Position numbers and translations under genes: made by a program | The notes under the pieces: generated by a model | The model's database searches: none | The model's input: only the letters and a program-made list of their open reading frames with translations | What the model was told of the DNA's origin: nothing | From: a virus | Taxonomy: Duplodnaviria; Caudoviricetes | DNA: 56,659 nucleotides | Virus record (IMG/VR): IMGVR_UViG_3300019935_000003 | Location: 1-56,659 of that record | Strand: one strand, 5' to 3' | Part shown: in pieces, positions 29,345 to 39,708 of the stretch | How the letters are laid out: each line of letters begins with the position of its first letter | Numbering within the stretch: position 1 is the stretch's first letter

Positions 29345-29725
29345 CTAAACTTCCATTAATTTTACGGTGCCATGCCATTTTGTGGCATTTGGTTTAATTA
29401 AGCCTTCAGGAAAAAGGGGGGAAAACTCACAAGCTGGTGGGGCATGGTGACTGAATACCACATTGAAATTTTTATTGTGGAGCACTAAGCCATAGGTATC
29501 ACCAGTGGTAGATAAATCGGTTATTTTTTCCACAGCTCCATAGTCCAACCATGCAGAATTTTCACCAAATACCAGCGTGATATTTATACCGTTTTTCAGG
29601 CGTTTAGGAAAAACTTTATGGTAACCACCTAATGTCTGTACAACGTTCTGCTGTACACCTTGGCTGGTAAATTGCTCCTGCCAAATTGTTTGCGCGGGTA
29701 GCTCTATTCCTGCCAAACTGATCAT
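29345..29725 (-). CDS. Distal-tail-like protein
   Basis: Directly follows the tape measure; ISLAGIELP...W.EQF...VVQTLGG. Confidence 0.6.
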   Translation of the reverse strand: MISLAGIELPAQTIWQEQFTSQGVQQNVVQTLGGYHKVFPKRLKNGINITLVFGENSAWLDYGAVEKITDLSTTGDTYGLVLHNKNFNVVFSHHAPPACEFSPLFPEGLIKPNATKWHGTVKLMEV

Positions 29726-32700
29726 CTTGCCATACCCATTTTTTTAAGTGCTTGCGCTAAATTTCTAACATCATCAGTGCTTCCAAATGTTGCAGCAATG
29801 GGTTTATCTACCCCTGCAATATTGAACACAGCAGGGGCTTTATCAGTATCATTTTGCAGAAAGTTATTTATAGTATTAGAGATACCGCCTAAGCCTGATG
29901 TATTTTTGACTGCTTTTAAGCCTGTGGACACTATCCCCCCTGTGGCAAATGCTGGGAGGTTGAATTTTTGAGAGCGCAGGCTGTTGAGAAAATCTACACC
30001 ATAATTTTTTACAGCAGCAGCAGGGATAATAAACTCGCCATCACTTAATCTTGCCAGAATAGAATCGCTTGTACCCGTGCCTGCACCTCTAACATGCCCA
30101 CCAGTGGCAAAAGCTGGCAAATCAGATCCGCCGCTTTCCCTAACTTCTTTAACTTTTATCGTGTGCACGCTTTCTGTATTCTTACTTATGCGAGCTAAGA
30201 CAGTATCAAATTGACTGGTATCAGGGTTAAAAATAACGACTTTTTGAGCTGGCGAATTTAGCTTTTTCTCGTCATCAGTAAAGGTTGCATCTTTCTGGTA
30301 AATCAGCTTTTGCTCTATCGTTTCTTGTGCTGTTTCACTCTGTAATGCTTGCAGTTTTTCCTTAGCTTTTTCTGTGCTTACATCAGCTTTATACATAATG
30401 ACACGACTATCAGTATTGATGGTTTCTAGGCTTTGGGTGATAGCTTCTTTATCTCCCATTTTCATTGCAATTTTAAAATCTTTTTGCCTGATACGCTCTT
30501 GTATAGAGTCCAGTTCTTTATTTAACTCTTCTTCATTTACACGTAGTTTTAATGCAATTTCTTTTTGCTGTACACTTGCCACAATCCCCTCTATCACTTC
30601 TACTTGCTTTTGCAGGCTGTCCACATAAGTTTTTTGGGAGTTTGCATTTTCTTCAGTCACTTGTTTTTGTGCTGCCATAGCTTCATTAACTTGTGCATAA
30701 CTGTCTTTTACAGCGTCTACAGCTTGACGGCGCGCATCCTCTTTGCTTATGAGTACATCACCATTATCATCTTTAACATCACCAGCCGCTGCCAAGGATT
30801 TTGCTAATGCTTCACGTTTTTTAGCTATTTCTTGTGCTTTGGAGTAATTGCGCTCTTGCATTGCTTGCTCAAATTCAGCCGATAAACTAGCAAGCTCCTT
30901 TTTCTTGTCTTGGAATGCAGCATAATCACTCATGCCAGCGCGTTCTAAATCTCTTAATGTTTGGCTTTGTCGGCTTTTTTCTTCTACTATGGCTTGTTCT
31001 AATTCCCGCACCTTTTGGGCGTAGGAGTCATAATCTGTTTTAGCTTGGCTTAAGTGTGAGCGGGTAGCATCAAGGGCTTGTTGTGATGCGGCAACCCGCG
31101 CGGCTGCTAATTCTTGAGCGGCTTGTTTTAGCTGTTCGGCTTGCTGTGTGGCAGTTAGTTTATTGCCTTGCTCATCAGCCTGATTTTTTTGTATATAGTC
31201 AGCCTTAGCGGTGTATGTTCGTTCGGCAAGTTCGATGCTTTTAGCGGCTTTTTCTTGCTCAATATTTACAATAGCGTCCATTGCCGTTTGATTTGCTAAT
31301 ATAATTTTTTGGGGATCTGTATCACCATTAATTGTGGCAAGTGTCTCTTTTAAGGCACTGTTAACCTGCAATATTTTTTCATCGGCTGTAGTGTTATTTA
31401 AGCCATTTAGGGAATCAAAGAAGCTTAAAATATCCTCTTTTGAATCAGGTATATCTATCTTTAAATCTGGCATTTTTACGTCAGGTGAAGCGGTGTTTTT
31501 TAATGCTTCACTTACAGCTACTAGCTGCTGCCTAACATTACCGCTTTCCTTTCCTAGCTCTTGCATTTTTGTAGCAAGCTCACTATCACTTAACCCGCCT
31601 ATCTGAATTGCGTCCCAATCTACACCGAACGCCTCCAAGGGGTTAACACCGCTAGAGGCTGAATATAAAGCCCCTTCTGCCTCGTTTAATGCAGAAGACT
31701 GTGCTATTAACTCTTGTTTTAATGTTTCTAATTCTGCTTTTGTTTTCCCAGTAAGCTGCTCTGATAAATTCCCTGTAGCATCTAGTTTTTGATTTTCTTT
31801 AACTTCTTTTAACTTTTCATTGTAGGAATGCAGGCTTTTTTCACTGTCATCTATAACCTTGCTTAAGAATTCCCACGTCTCAAAAGCTGCAATAATTGGC
31901 GCGTAGATTAAAAAGAATTGAACAGCTAAGGCGCGTAGTGTTGTAATTAATGACATTGCTGCACCTTTAACCAAAAACAAAGATTTTGAGAACACTCCCA
32001 TCTTTGCAGCACCTGCTGTACCACTTGCCCCCACTTTTACAAATGTTCCCGCCATGATTGAAAGGCGCACAATTGTGGATTTAATAAGAAGTATTAGAGG
32101 GGCTATAACAAGCTTGGCTAATACACCTAGAACACCCATAAGGGTTGTAACTTTAACCAATGTACCCGCTATTGCGGCAGTCGTACCTGGGAAAATTTCC
32201 TTGAACTTCTCTACAGCATTAGTGGCTAAATTTAATGTGGCTGTTAAAAATTCGGTGTGTTCTTGAAGTGGTTCTGTAAAGGGTTCTTGGATTGAAAGCT
32301 TTAATGCATCCCATGCACTTTGCAGCTCAATAAGTGCACCTGCTGCTGTGTTTTTCATAATCTGAGCAGATTCAGCAGTAAACCCCGCGCTATTTTTTAA
32401 TTGCGTCTCAAACTCAAGCATGGCATTTGCGCCACCTTCTAATGCTTCTCGACTTTGGTCAACTAATGCGCGAAGTGCCGGGCCCGCTTCTATACCAAAC
32501 GCGCGGATTGCATTCTCTCCCTCTTTGCCGCTTGACGCTATAGCCTTAATTGCTGCATGAAAATTAGAAGTATTTGCCCCTATTTTTCTTAACTCTTCTC
32601 TTGCCTTAGATGCAGGATCGGATATTTGTCCCAGCATATTACGTAATGCTGTACCCGCTTTTTCACTACGTATACCCGCTTTTGCAAGTGAATCAAGTAT

Positions 32701-33657
32701 TGCAACCAACGATTCATAACTTAGCCCTATAGCCTTTGCACTACCACCTGAGTATTGAATTGCTAGAGCTAGATCGGATACTGTTGTATTAGCTAAACTT
32801 GCACCCTTTGATAAAACATCTACAACCCGCGCTGTATTTTCAGAACTAATACCAAAAATCCCCATTATATTAGTTGTCATGCTTGCGGCTTCACCCATAC
32901 CGATCATGTTGCCAGTGGCTAGATTCAATACATCAGTAATTGTATTTACAGATTCTGATGCTTTCAAACCTGCACGGGATAATGTTTCTATTCCTTGTAG
33001 GGACTGAATAGCAGTAAAAGGGGTTGCTGCTCCTAACTCTTTAGCTTTATTTATTAGGCTTTGCATTCCCTCTTGAGATGTGCGAGTTACTGCATAAATC
33101 CCAGCAGCAGTACGCTGTAAACCGATTGCTATACTGTTATCTTGTCCTAGCTGATCAAGGTCACCTTTCCATTTTTGCAATGATGTACCGACAGCGGTTA
33201 CAGCTTTTTTTGCACCATTGGTTATAACGCCAAATGCGTTATAAACATTATTTAATGTTCTTGTGATAGGGTTAAATTCTGCAGCAATGTTACGTGCTAA
33301 TGTGCTTGTGTTTGTCGTTACAGACTCTAATGCTGTAACCGCGTCAGACGCGAATGCAGTTATCCCATTTGAAAATGCCTGCAGCGTTGAAACTACAGTC
33401 ACAACCCTCTGTTTTACACCATCGTAACTTTCTTTTAATTCACCATTTTTACTAACAACGCTATCAGCCGCCGCCACAGTTTCATCAATTGGGGTTGCTA
33501 TGCTATTAGCTAAATCTCCATTATTTTTCTTTAATGCATTGACGGTTTCAGCTAATTCATTAAGCACAGACACAGCAGCTTTTGCAAAATCATCAATACC
33601 CGACTTTGCACCACTATCATTAAAATTAATTGTAAATTCTGTGCTTAAACCTGACAT
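29722..33657 (-). CDS. Tail tape measure protein (TP901-type core)
   Basis: AKELGAATPFTA...LSRAGL, GIRSEKAGTALRN; C-terminal FATGGHVRGAGTGTSDSILARLSDGEF. Confidence 0.93.
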   Translation of the reverse strand: MSGLSTEFTINFNDSGAKSGIDDFAKAAVSVLNELAETVNALKKNNGDLANSIATPIDETVAAADSVVSKNGELKESYDGVKQRVVTVVSTLQAFSNGITAFASDAVTALESVTTNTSTLARNIAAEFNPITRTLNNVYNAFGVITNGAKKAVTAVGTSLQKWKGDLDQLGQDNSIAIGLQRTAAGIYAVTRTSQEGMQSLINKAKELGAATPFTAIQSLQGIETLSRAGLKASESVNTITDVLNLATGNMIGMGEAASMTTNIMGIFGISSENTARVVDVLSKGASLANTTVSDLALAIQYSGGSAKAIGLSYESLVAILDSLAKAGIRSEKAGTALRNMLGQISDPASKAREELRKIGANTSNFHAAIKAIASSGKEGENAIRAFGIEAGPALRALVDQSREALEGGANAMLEFETQLKNSAGFTAESAQIMKNTAAGALIELQSAWDALKLSIQEPFTEPLQEHTEFLTATLNLATNAVEKFKEIFPGTTAAIAGTLVKVTTLMGVLGVLAKLVIAPLILLIKSTIVRLSIMAGTFVKVGASGTAGAAKMGVFSKSLFLVKGAAMSLITTLRALAVQFFLIYAPIIAAFETWEFLSKVIDDSEKSLHSYNEKLKEVKENQKLDATGNLSEQLTGKTKAELETLKQELIAQSSALNEAEGALYSASSGVNPLEAFGVDWDAIQIGGLSDSELATKMQELGKESGNVRQQLVAVSEALKNTASPDVKMPDLKIDIPDSKEDILSFFDSLNGLNNTTADEKILQVNSALKETLATINGDTDPQKIILANQTAMDAIVNIEQEKAAKSIELAERTYTAKADYIQKNQADEQGNKLTATQQAEQLKQAAQELAAARVAASQQALDATRSHLSQAKTDYDSYAQKVRELEQAIVEEKSRQSQTLRDLERAGMSDYAAFQDKKKELASLSAEFEQAMQERNYSKAQEIAKKREALAKSLAAAGDVKDDNGDVLISKEDARRQAVDAVKDSYAQVNEAMAAQKQVTEENANSQKTYVDSLQKQVEVIEGIVASVQQKEIALKLRVNEEELNKELDSIQERIRQKDFKIAMKMGDKEAITQSLETINTDSRVIMYKADVSTEKAKEKLQALQSETAQETIEQKLIYQKDATFTDDEKKLNSPAQKVVIFNPDTSQFDTVLARISKNTESVHTIKVKEVRESGGSDLPAFATGGHVRGAGTGTSDSILARLSDGEFIIPAAAVKNYGVDFLNSLRSQKFNLPAFATGGIVSTGLKAVKNTSGLGGISNTINNFLQNDTDKAPAVFNIAGVDKPIAATFGSTDDVRNLAQALKKMGMAR

Positions 33658-33662
33658 TTTTA

Positions 33663-33881
33663 CTACTTTATAAAATCACTAAACCCGTCTTTTTCCGAAT
33701 ACACTGCAACACGTATTGCAATAGCCTGTTTTTTCTGTTCTAAATCTTGTCGTTGCTGGTGCAGAGTGTAGTACTGACAAAGCTGTAAAGCGGTATAATT
33801 CAATGCATCATGACCGCTTGAAATTAGACTCTCTACAGCTATTGCCGCTAATTCCTCCCAACCTATTTGCTGCCCTTTCCC
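33663..33881 (-). CDS. Tail assembly chaperone -1 frameshift extension (gpT-like)
   Basis: Slippery G GGA AAG at 33881-33875; the -1 frame stays open (GQQIGWEE...SGHDALNYTALQL...DFIK*) to just before the tape measure. Confidence 0.8.
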   Translation of the reverse strand, partial: GKGQQIGWEELAAIAVESLISSGHDALNYTALQLCQYYTLHQQRQDLEQKKQAIAIRVAVYSEKDGFSDFIK

Positions 33882-34303
33882 TGTGCTTTTCCGCCTTTAT
33901 TATTGCCTGTATACATGCTCATTGCGGCAGAAATATCAGACATACTAAGCTTGTAAGCTTCTGCTAAAATCGTTAACTGGGAGCTAATAGAAAGGTTGTT
34001 TTTTAGAGCATCCTTTTCATTATCATCTAAGGGGCAACAAGTCATTTCAAGTAGTGTCTGAATGATTTCAGGGGTTTGTAATAGCACATTTTTTAGCTTA
34101 GGAATTGCAGATAAAATATCACCCGCCTTCAACTCTCCACCTTTGCCGCTTGCCGCTGTAATAGTGTTTAAAACTTGCTCTACAACCTCCTTATGCTCAC
34201 CTAGAAGTTTGCCGATATTGCCTACACTTAATGCATAAATTTCTACACGCCCCTCTTTTAATTCAAGGGCTTTTGATAGTGGAATTAAATTTGCTAATGA
34301 CAT
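33863..34303 (-). CDS. Tail assembly chaperone (gpG-like)
   Basis: Lies between the major tail and tape measure genes and ends in a slippery site. Confidence 0.8.
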   Translation of the reverse strand: MSLANLIPLSKALELKEGRVEIYALSVGNIGKLLGEHKEVVEQVLNTITAASGKGGELKAGDILSAIPKLKNVLLQTPEIIQTLLEMTCCPLDDNEKDALKNNLSISSQLTILAEAYKLSMSDISAAMSMYTGNNKGGKAQGKGSK

Positions 34304-34306
34304 TTT

Positions 34307-35338
34307 TTATGATTCCTGTAGTTTGGTAGCAGTAAAGAATGCGCTTTCGCCTTTTGGCACATTTTCCAGTGCGATCAATTCCCCTTCTAATTCCATAGAG
34401 GCGAAATCATCACTGATTAATCCTAATTCTTTTAGCGGTTTAAACTTGATTCGTGAAATATCAATGACCACAGGCGCGTCACTGTCAGCAGTGTTTAAGC
34501 CTTCTACAAGCAATACATATTCTTTACCACTGTTAAGTAAGGATTTAATTAATGTATGCGCCGATGCTGTTGCAGTAATATGTAAAATAGAGTTTTCTTG
34601 AATAGCACCTTCTGACATGACGACCACACCAGCGGCTGTCACTTCAAAATCTGCATCACTGTACTGCACACCGCTAGATAAGGTAGCTTGTGATGATGCG
34701 GTAACCAACTCTTGTGGGTCGCCTGTGATCACATAAACACCAGCATCATTATTTTCCAAGTAGGCGCGAATATCGGACGCTGTTGTAATTGCTTCAGCAC
34801 TGGAATTAGTCGCAAGATTTACAACAATATCACCCGCAGTGTTGGTAATATTCAGGGATTCGTTACTTGTTGCAGGCTTGATAATTTCAATGCTTAGCGT
34901 ATTACCAGCAGTGCCCGATTCCTTAGCATAGAATCGCAAGCCGCCCACTGATAATTCTGCACAAGACTTGACTACAACATTTTTTGCATTCAATCCTTGT
35001 AGGCGAATTAAATCATCATAGTTTCGCAAAACGGCATAGGTTTCCGTTGCCATTTGCCCCTTGTTTTCACTTTCCCCATAGAGGGCTAGAGCCAAGTTTC
35101 TGTTATTCAGGTTGCTTGTGCTAAGTGTTGCGGTAACAGATTCAATACGCGTAGAGCTTGCTGTATTACCGCCGCCCCCTTGGTAATTTGCCAAGGTTTT
35201 AGTGTCTTCAGCAATACTAATTTTTACTTCAGAACAGTTACCTAATCGCATAAGTGACGACTGGATACCGTTGCTCGTTCTTTCTGCTAAAAATACTTTT
35301 CCATTACCAATAAATGCTTGTTCTCTATGCTGTGCCAT
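34307..35338 (-). CDS. Major tail tube protein with an inserted domain
   Basis: FIGNGKVFL...LGNCSEVKI...NLALALYG; C-terminal LGLISDDFASMELEGE. Confidence 0.8.
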   Translation of the reverse strand: MAQHREQAFIGNGKVFLAERTSNGIQSSLMRLGNCSEVKISIAEDTKTLANYQGGGGNTASSTRIESVTATLSTSNLNNRNLALALYGESENKGQMATETYAVLRNYDDLIRLQGLNAKNVVVKSCAELSVGGLRFYAKESGTAGNTLSIEIIKPATSNESLNITNTAGDIVVNLATNSSAEAITTASDIRAYLENNDAGVYVITGDPQELVTASSQATLSSGVQYSDADFEVTAAGVVVMSEGAIQENSILHITATASAHTLIKSLLNSGKEYVLLVEGLNTADSDAPVVIDISRIKFKPLKELGLISDDFASMELEGELIALENVPKGESAFFTATKLQES

Positions 35339-35355
35339 AGCAACCTCTAAATCTT

Positions 35356-35814
35356 TTAATTACTTTGAATATTAATATTGATACTTAAACCCAATGGAAA
35401 ATAACCCATATTACTAATGAGTTGCGGGGTAAATGGGTTTGATTCTGGTTTTATTCCACTGGTAAATATAATACCGTTTGATTCTGCTGTTTTAGGTCTA
35501 AATTCGTAAACACTCTTGGCAAGCTCATGCATTAATTCGCCTGCTTCTTTTAGTCTGTATTGAGAAGTTGAGCCATTAACAGAACTTGATACAGCAACAA
35601 CAAGCAACCAATACTGCTTGTGAAGTTTTGCGTTTCTTGTTGATTTATGATCACCATCCAAAGGTGCCATATTATTGTAAATAATTGCACATGCTGGTGT
35701 GGTTTTTGAGCCTTCCATAAAAGAATTTAGATCGACATAACTACCCACATGCTGAAATATTCCTAATTCTTTTATGCGCTCTTGTAGCAGTTCACCGAGT
35801 ATAAATAAGCTCAT
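35356..35814 (-). CDS. Tail terminator-like protein (Mu gp37-like)
   Basis: TPACAIIY...QYWLLVVAV...AGELM...YFPLG; position. Confidence 0.65.
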   Translation of the reverse strand: MSLFILGELLQERIKELGIFQHVGSYVDLNSFMEGSKTTPACAIIYNNMAPLDGDHKSTRNAKLHKQYWLLVVAVSSSVNGSTSQYRLKEAGELMHELAKSVYEFRPKTAESNGIIFTSGIKPESNPFTPQLISNMGYFPLGLSININIQSN

Positions 35815-36245
35815 TGTTTAGCCCATATGTCTAATGCGTCTAATAATTCGGCTTTTAACCTTGCTGGCAACCCACGGCTGTTATCAGGCACCACTGCACG
35901 TTGTGGTAAATTCTTTGAACCAGCCTGATGATATTGAGAGTAAGCAGCATTAAAACCTATGTGCACATTAGACCCCATCACTTGATAATTAGCTGAATTA
36001 AAAAGATTTCCTGTATCTTTTAATATCTTTGCACCTGCACCTTTTTTGCGGCGTGCTCGGATTGTTTGAATGCTGAGAGCTTGCCATTTCAACCCATACG
36101 GATCGGTTTCATTTGTGTATGTGCCCTGTATGTAAGAAAGGGAGACAGCCCCCAACAGGTTTAAAATTCGCTGTTTATCGACTTTACTCTTTAGCTCATC
36201 AATTTTTGCTTGTAGATTTCTATCGTTAAAGCTTGCGGATAACAT
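35811..36245 (-). CDS. Virion morphogenesis protein (Mu gpG / P2 gpS family)
   Basis: DPYGLKWQALS..TI..R.....KILKDTGNL..S...YSQYHQAG..NLPQR. Confidence 0.85.
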   Translation of the reverse strand: MLSASFNDRNLQAKIDELKSKVDKQRILNLLGAVSLSYIQGTYTNETDPYGLKWQALSIQTIRARRKKGAGAKILKDTGNLFNSANYQVMGSNVHIGFNAAYSQYHQAGSKNLPQRAVVPDNSRGLPARLKAELLDALDIWAKQ

Positions 36246-36409
36246 TATGTAATCCACTTAATAAATTGATAAACAAGGAAAAAGAATGATATACCAGAAC
36301 CTATCAGCAGTAGGTGGATGACATCAATATTTACATTGATATAACCTGCACCAATGCAGTACAAATACACAAAGAAAACTAGAATTATGAAAATTGATAG
36401 TGCGATCAT
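36245..36409 (-). CDS. Small two-transmembrane protein (54 aa; holin-like candidate, not in the ORF track)
   Basis: MIALSIFIILVFFVYLYCIGAGYINVNIDVIHLLLIGSGISFFFLVYQFIKWIT*, TAATG-coupled to the next gene. Confidence 0.5.
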   Translation of the reverse strand: MIALSIFIILVFFVYLYCIGAGYINVNIDVIHLLLIGSGISFFFLVYQFIKWIT

Positions 36410-36424
36410 GGTGTGTTACCCACC

Positions 36425-36452
36425 CCCTCCATATTTTAGAAATATGGAGGGG
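36425..36452. terminator. Strong hairpin / possible terminator
   Basis: CCCCTCCATATTT-TAG-AAATATGGAGGGG. Confidence 0.55.
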
Positions 36453-36464
36453 TAAACTATTTAT

Positions 36465-37499
36465 TTAGCCTGAAATACGGAATGTTGCCGCCGCCTTATC
36501 ATAAATATAAGTAAGTGAAGTCCCCCCTTCAAAAAGAACGTGATCTACAGAGTTCGGATCGGTAAATGTGCCATCTGCTTTTTGGAACTTATGGGCAGCC
36601 ATATTTGCTGGGCTGTCATTAACAACAATAGGAGCTGTACCAATGTTATGGATACGGATTTTCATGCCATCTGTTAATTGTTCTTCAATCATCGTTAAAC
36701 CGCCTTTAGGTGTCACACCGTCGGCTGCAAACTCATCACTTTCTACATAAAAATGAGGGAAATGATTATTGATTGTCCCCATGATTGTGTTTTTATCAAC
36801 ATTAATAACAGCAGGCTCACCGCGATCAACATGCCATTCTGTGGCAGATTTTCGGGTAATAGTATCGCCGGGATAAACGCGTAAAGTCTGATCGCCGTTT
36901 GTTGCATCGGTTAATGTAGTAACTTCATAAGTCCCTGTTACGCTGTACATATCGCCTAAGCGTGTACTGCCTGCTGTCTGGGAAAGTGCGGCAGCATCAC
37001 CAATGATTACATTTGCATTTGTTAATGTTGGGTTAGGGAAAAACGCCATAGTATTTATAAACCTCAGCCCATCAGAAACTATTTGCAAAGTTTCATAAGG
37101 GCTATTAAAATTATAATTAGTCAGCCCGCTGGGTGAATTTAGCCCAAATAGCTGACATCCTTCAAAATTTACGCTTGCATCAATTCCACTCGAGACGAGC
37201 GTAAATTTTTTCCCCGCTAAAAGAGAAGCCGCATTTATTGTGACGACTGCCCCCTTAGCTAGAAATACAGTTTCAATGAATGGGGACGCTGTATAAGTTT
37301 CATTTTCTTCAGTAACATACGTACCGCCCCCACTATTTGCCAGCCCCAAAGATTGAGGGGTTACAGGTTCGACTGTTAAGCCTGTACCCGTGCTGACAAA
37401 TAGCATTCCCTTTGGCAGATTTCCGCCTTCAGGGACTTGTGCTAGTCCTATACGCTTGGGTATTTCAGCATTTACAAAACTCTGAAATGGACTAGCCAC
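36465..37499 (-). CDS. Putative head/neck fibre protein
   Basis: Beta-rich; N-terminal ASPFQSFVNAEIPKR; located among neck genes. Confidence 0.5.
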   Translation of the reverse strand: MASPFQSFVNAEIPKRIGLAQVPEGGNLPKGMLFVSTGTGLTVEPVTPQSLGLANSGGGTYVTEENETYTASPFIETVFLAKGAVVTINAASLLAGKKFTLVSSGIDASVNFEGCQLFGLNSPSGLTNYNFNSPYETLQIVSDGLRFINTMAFFPNPTLTNANVIIGDAAALSQTAGSTRLGDMYSVTGTYEVTTLTDATNGDQTLRVYPGDTITRKSATEWHVDRGEPAVINVDKNTIMGTINNHFPHFYVESDEFAADGVTPKGGLTMIEEQLTDGMKIRIHNIGTAPIVVNDSPANMAAHKFQKADGTFTDPNSVDHVLFEGGTSLTYIYDKAAATFRISG

Positions 37500-37515
37500 G
37501 AATTAAAAACCTTTT

Positions 37516-39708
37516 TTAAAGCTCTTCTATTTCAACAGTTAAAAGCCCTGTTGTATTAGAAACAGAATTATTCAAGTCACAGTTATAAAACACACTATCA
37601 TTTAAAATTGTGTACTTATTATTGGTATCGTCAGTGGTTGACTGATAGGAGTAGTTATAAGAGCCGCTTTCCCCTTCAGATAAGTTACTGCAACGTAATC
37701 GGCTTGTGTCGTACACTTTGACACCTAAATCTGTTTGTCGATTAGTCCATGCTGCAATCTGTAAAGAGCGACGTAAGAAACCACCTAATGTGTATGTGCT
37801 GCCACTACTGTTTATTGTCGTGACTTCACGCCCTGCCAAGTTGACCGCGCTAATCTCTTGCCAGTCAAAAATCCCTTTTAAATTATCATCATGTACGTTA
37901 ATCGTGTTGATAAAGCGTGTATTATTATTTTGCCCTTGCCAGTTTCCAATAAGTTCACCTGCATCTTCGACAACATCAATTGATGCATTTAGTAAACGTT
38001 GTGTAGAATTAAGTTGTACCGTGTAACTAGGAACACTTGTACCCATATTCCCGCCACTAGCAAGACGCGAAAAAGGCAAGGAAACCGATAATTCAGGCAA
38101 TGTATGAGCAATATTTACAACAGTACTGCGCGTTGTTACTGCACTGTTGGCTGTACGCGTAGCCTTCATTGTTAAGTTGGGCGTATCAATGTTGTAGCCC
38201 CCACCATTGCGTGTCACGGCAAGCTGGGAGGGGGTAGGCGATTCTATTAATAATTCAGAATTTGAAGAGAATGCTGTGGCGGTGTCTGCATTGATCACAC
38301 TGTGAAACACAGTTGCCTGCTCACTATCTTTTAATGCTTGCTGACCAGTTGGGTATTCTGTATTTATAAAGTCGATGCTAGGGTGCAAGTTATTGACATT
38401 TAAGACATGTATACCATTATCACCACCATGTTCTGCTGTGTTGTACATATCAGAACTTGATCCTGTTGAGTCAGTCACATTAAGTACAGCCCCTAGCTGC
38501 TGCAATGTATTACCTTTATCAGCAACTGTGACCGTAAATGTATGGACTGTGTCTTCACTTGCTGTATGCGTTACGGCTTTTAGTGCTTCAGCATTAAATA
38601 CTTGCACCATCTCAACAGGTTCTGACGCGATCACTTTTAAGAGGAATGTATCCCCTTCTTTTAATTCTGTTTGCCCTACTGGATATTCACCAGTGAAATA
38701 AGCATTTAAAATTTTAGGCTTAGATTTCATGGTAACCGTGGCAACATCTTCACCACCGTTAGACTTGACCGCTTTAATATCAAATGTTTGTAGGCTTGCG
38801 GGAATCTCTAAATCAATCACACCACGATAAAGCAGCGGGCTATCAGTACCTGACATTGTTACCGTTTCACCGTTCACCTCAACAACAGGCACATAATTCA
38901 CACCGCTCATGGCATCAACTGTTACACGAATTAGGCGCGTGTCAGATTGGCAAGTTTCAAGCGTTTTGCCTTGACTGCTGAATACTTTAGAGCCAACATT
39001 TCCAGAACCTTGTGGCTCAATATTCGTAATAAAAACACCACCTTGGTTTGTTGTTTCGGTAGGTGCTGTGGGTTCTGTAGGCGTTGGTGCAGTAGGTGCA
39101 CTGGTTACTGTGTTAGGCATAGTGTTGCAACTTGATTTCGCTTGGCAGTTTGGTTGATCATAAAACGTAGCAGGTGAACGCCCATGAAATTTATCCATCA
39201 CATTCTGTGTAAGCCGTTTTGGTTTTCCACATACAAAAATACGACTTGAATTATCAAGTTGCTTTTCTGTAACTGGCAATAAATTTATGTCACTATTAGC
39301 AATTTCTTTTAAGCGTTTTAGAGCTTTTTCGTAACGCTTTAGGACATCTTCAGCAACTGCACCAGACCCGCCACCATGCAGATAGTAGTAAGCAATATCA
39401 CAAGATATGCCGCTAATCATTGCGGGAACTGGTGCGGGTAAAGGTGTTTGATATTTCTTAAAAAGGTACGAGTCCACATCGCTATCAGCACGCTGGCAAG
39501 ACCATGACAACACACGCTTAGCAGATAAAAGCGCGGCATTTTCTTCTTCAGAATTACCGACCGTGTTTAGATCACAAATAGCTTTATAGAAAAATGCTTC
39601 AGTTAACACATAGGGTTTATCGTCTTTTGGCTTAAAGCATAAGTCTTTTAAAGAGCTAGGAAACTCTAAAGACATATATTCAAAAGTTGCATAAACCCCT
39701 GTGTACAT
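37516..39708 (-). CDS. Head-tail adaptor (Mu gp36/DUF1320-like) fused to a long beta-rich extension
   Basis: ADSDVDSYL..KYQTPL..VP.MI..ISCDIAYYYL...V.KRYEKALKRLKEIA, then a PT-rich linker and ~500 aa Ig-like region. Confidence 0.75.
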   Translation of the reverse strand: MYTGVYATFEYMSLEFPSSLKDLCFKPKDDKPYVLTEAFFYKAICDLNTVGNSEEENAALLSAKRVLSWSCQRADSDVDSYLFKKYQTPLPAPVPAMISGISCDIAYYYLHGGGSGAVAEDVLKRYEKALKRLKEIANSDINLLPVTEKQLDNSSRIFVCGKPKRLTQNVMDKFHGRSPATFYDQPNCQAKSSCNTMPNTVTSAPTAPTPTEPTAPTETTNQGGVFITNIEPQGSGNVGSKVFSSQGKTLETCQSDTRLIRVTVDAMSGVNYVPVVEVNGETVTMSGTDSPLLYRGVIDLEIPASLQTFDIKAVKSNGGEDVATVTMKSKPKILNAYFTGEYPVGQTELKEGDTFLLKVIASEPVEMVQVFNAEALKAVTHTASEDTVHTFTVTVADKGNTLQQLGAVLNVTDSTGSSSDMYNTAEHGGDNGIHVLNVNNLHPSIDFINTEYPTGQQALKDSEQATVFHSVINADTATAFSSNSELLIESPTPSQLAVTRNGGGYNIDTPNLTMKATRTANSAVTTRSTVVNIAHTLPELSVSLPFSRLASGGNMGTSVPSYTVQLNSTQRLLNASIDVVEDAGELIGNWQGQNNNTRFINTINVHDDNLKGIFDWQEISAVNLAGREVTTINSSGSTYTLGGFLRRSLQIAAWTNRQTDLGVKVYDTSRLRCSNLSEGESGSYNYSYQSTTDDTNNKYTILNDSVFYNCDLNNSVSNTTGLLTVEIEEL

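Noticed and set aside
4432-39708. Mu-type transposable phage
   Set aside because: Mu-like head and neck genes are present, but there is no DDE transposase or MuB, and the element has a tyrosine integrase with tRNA att repeats
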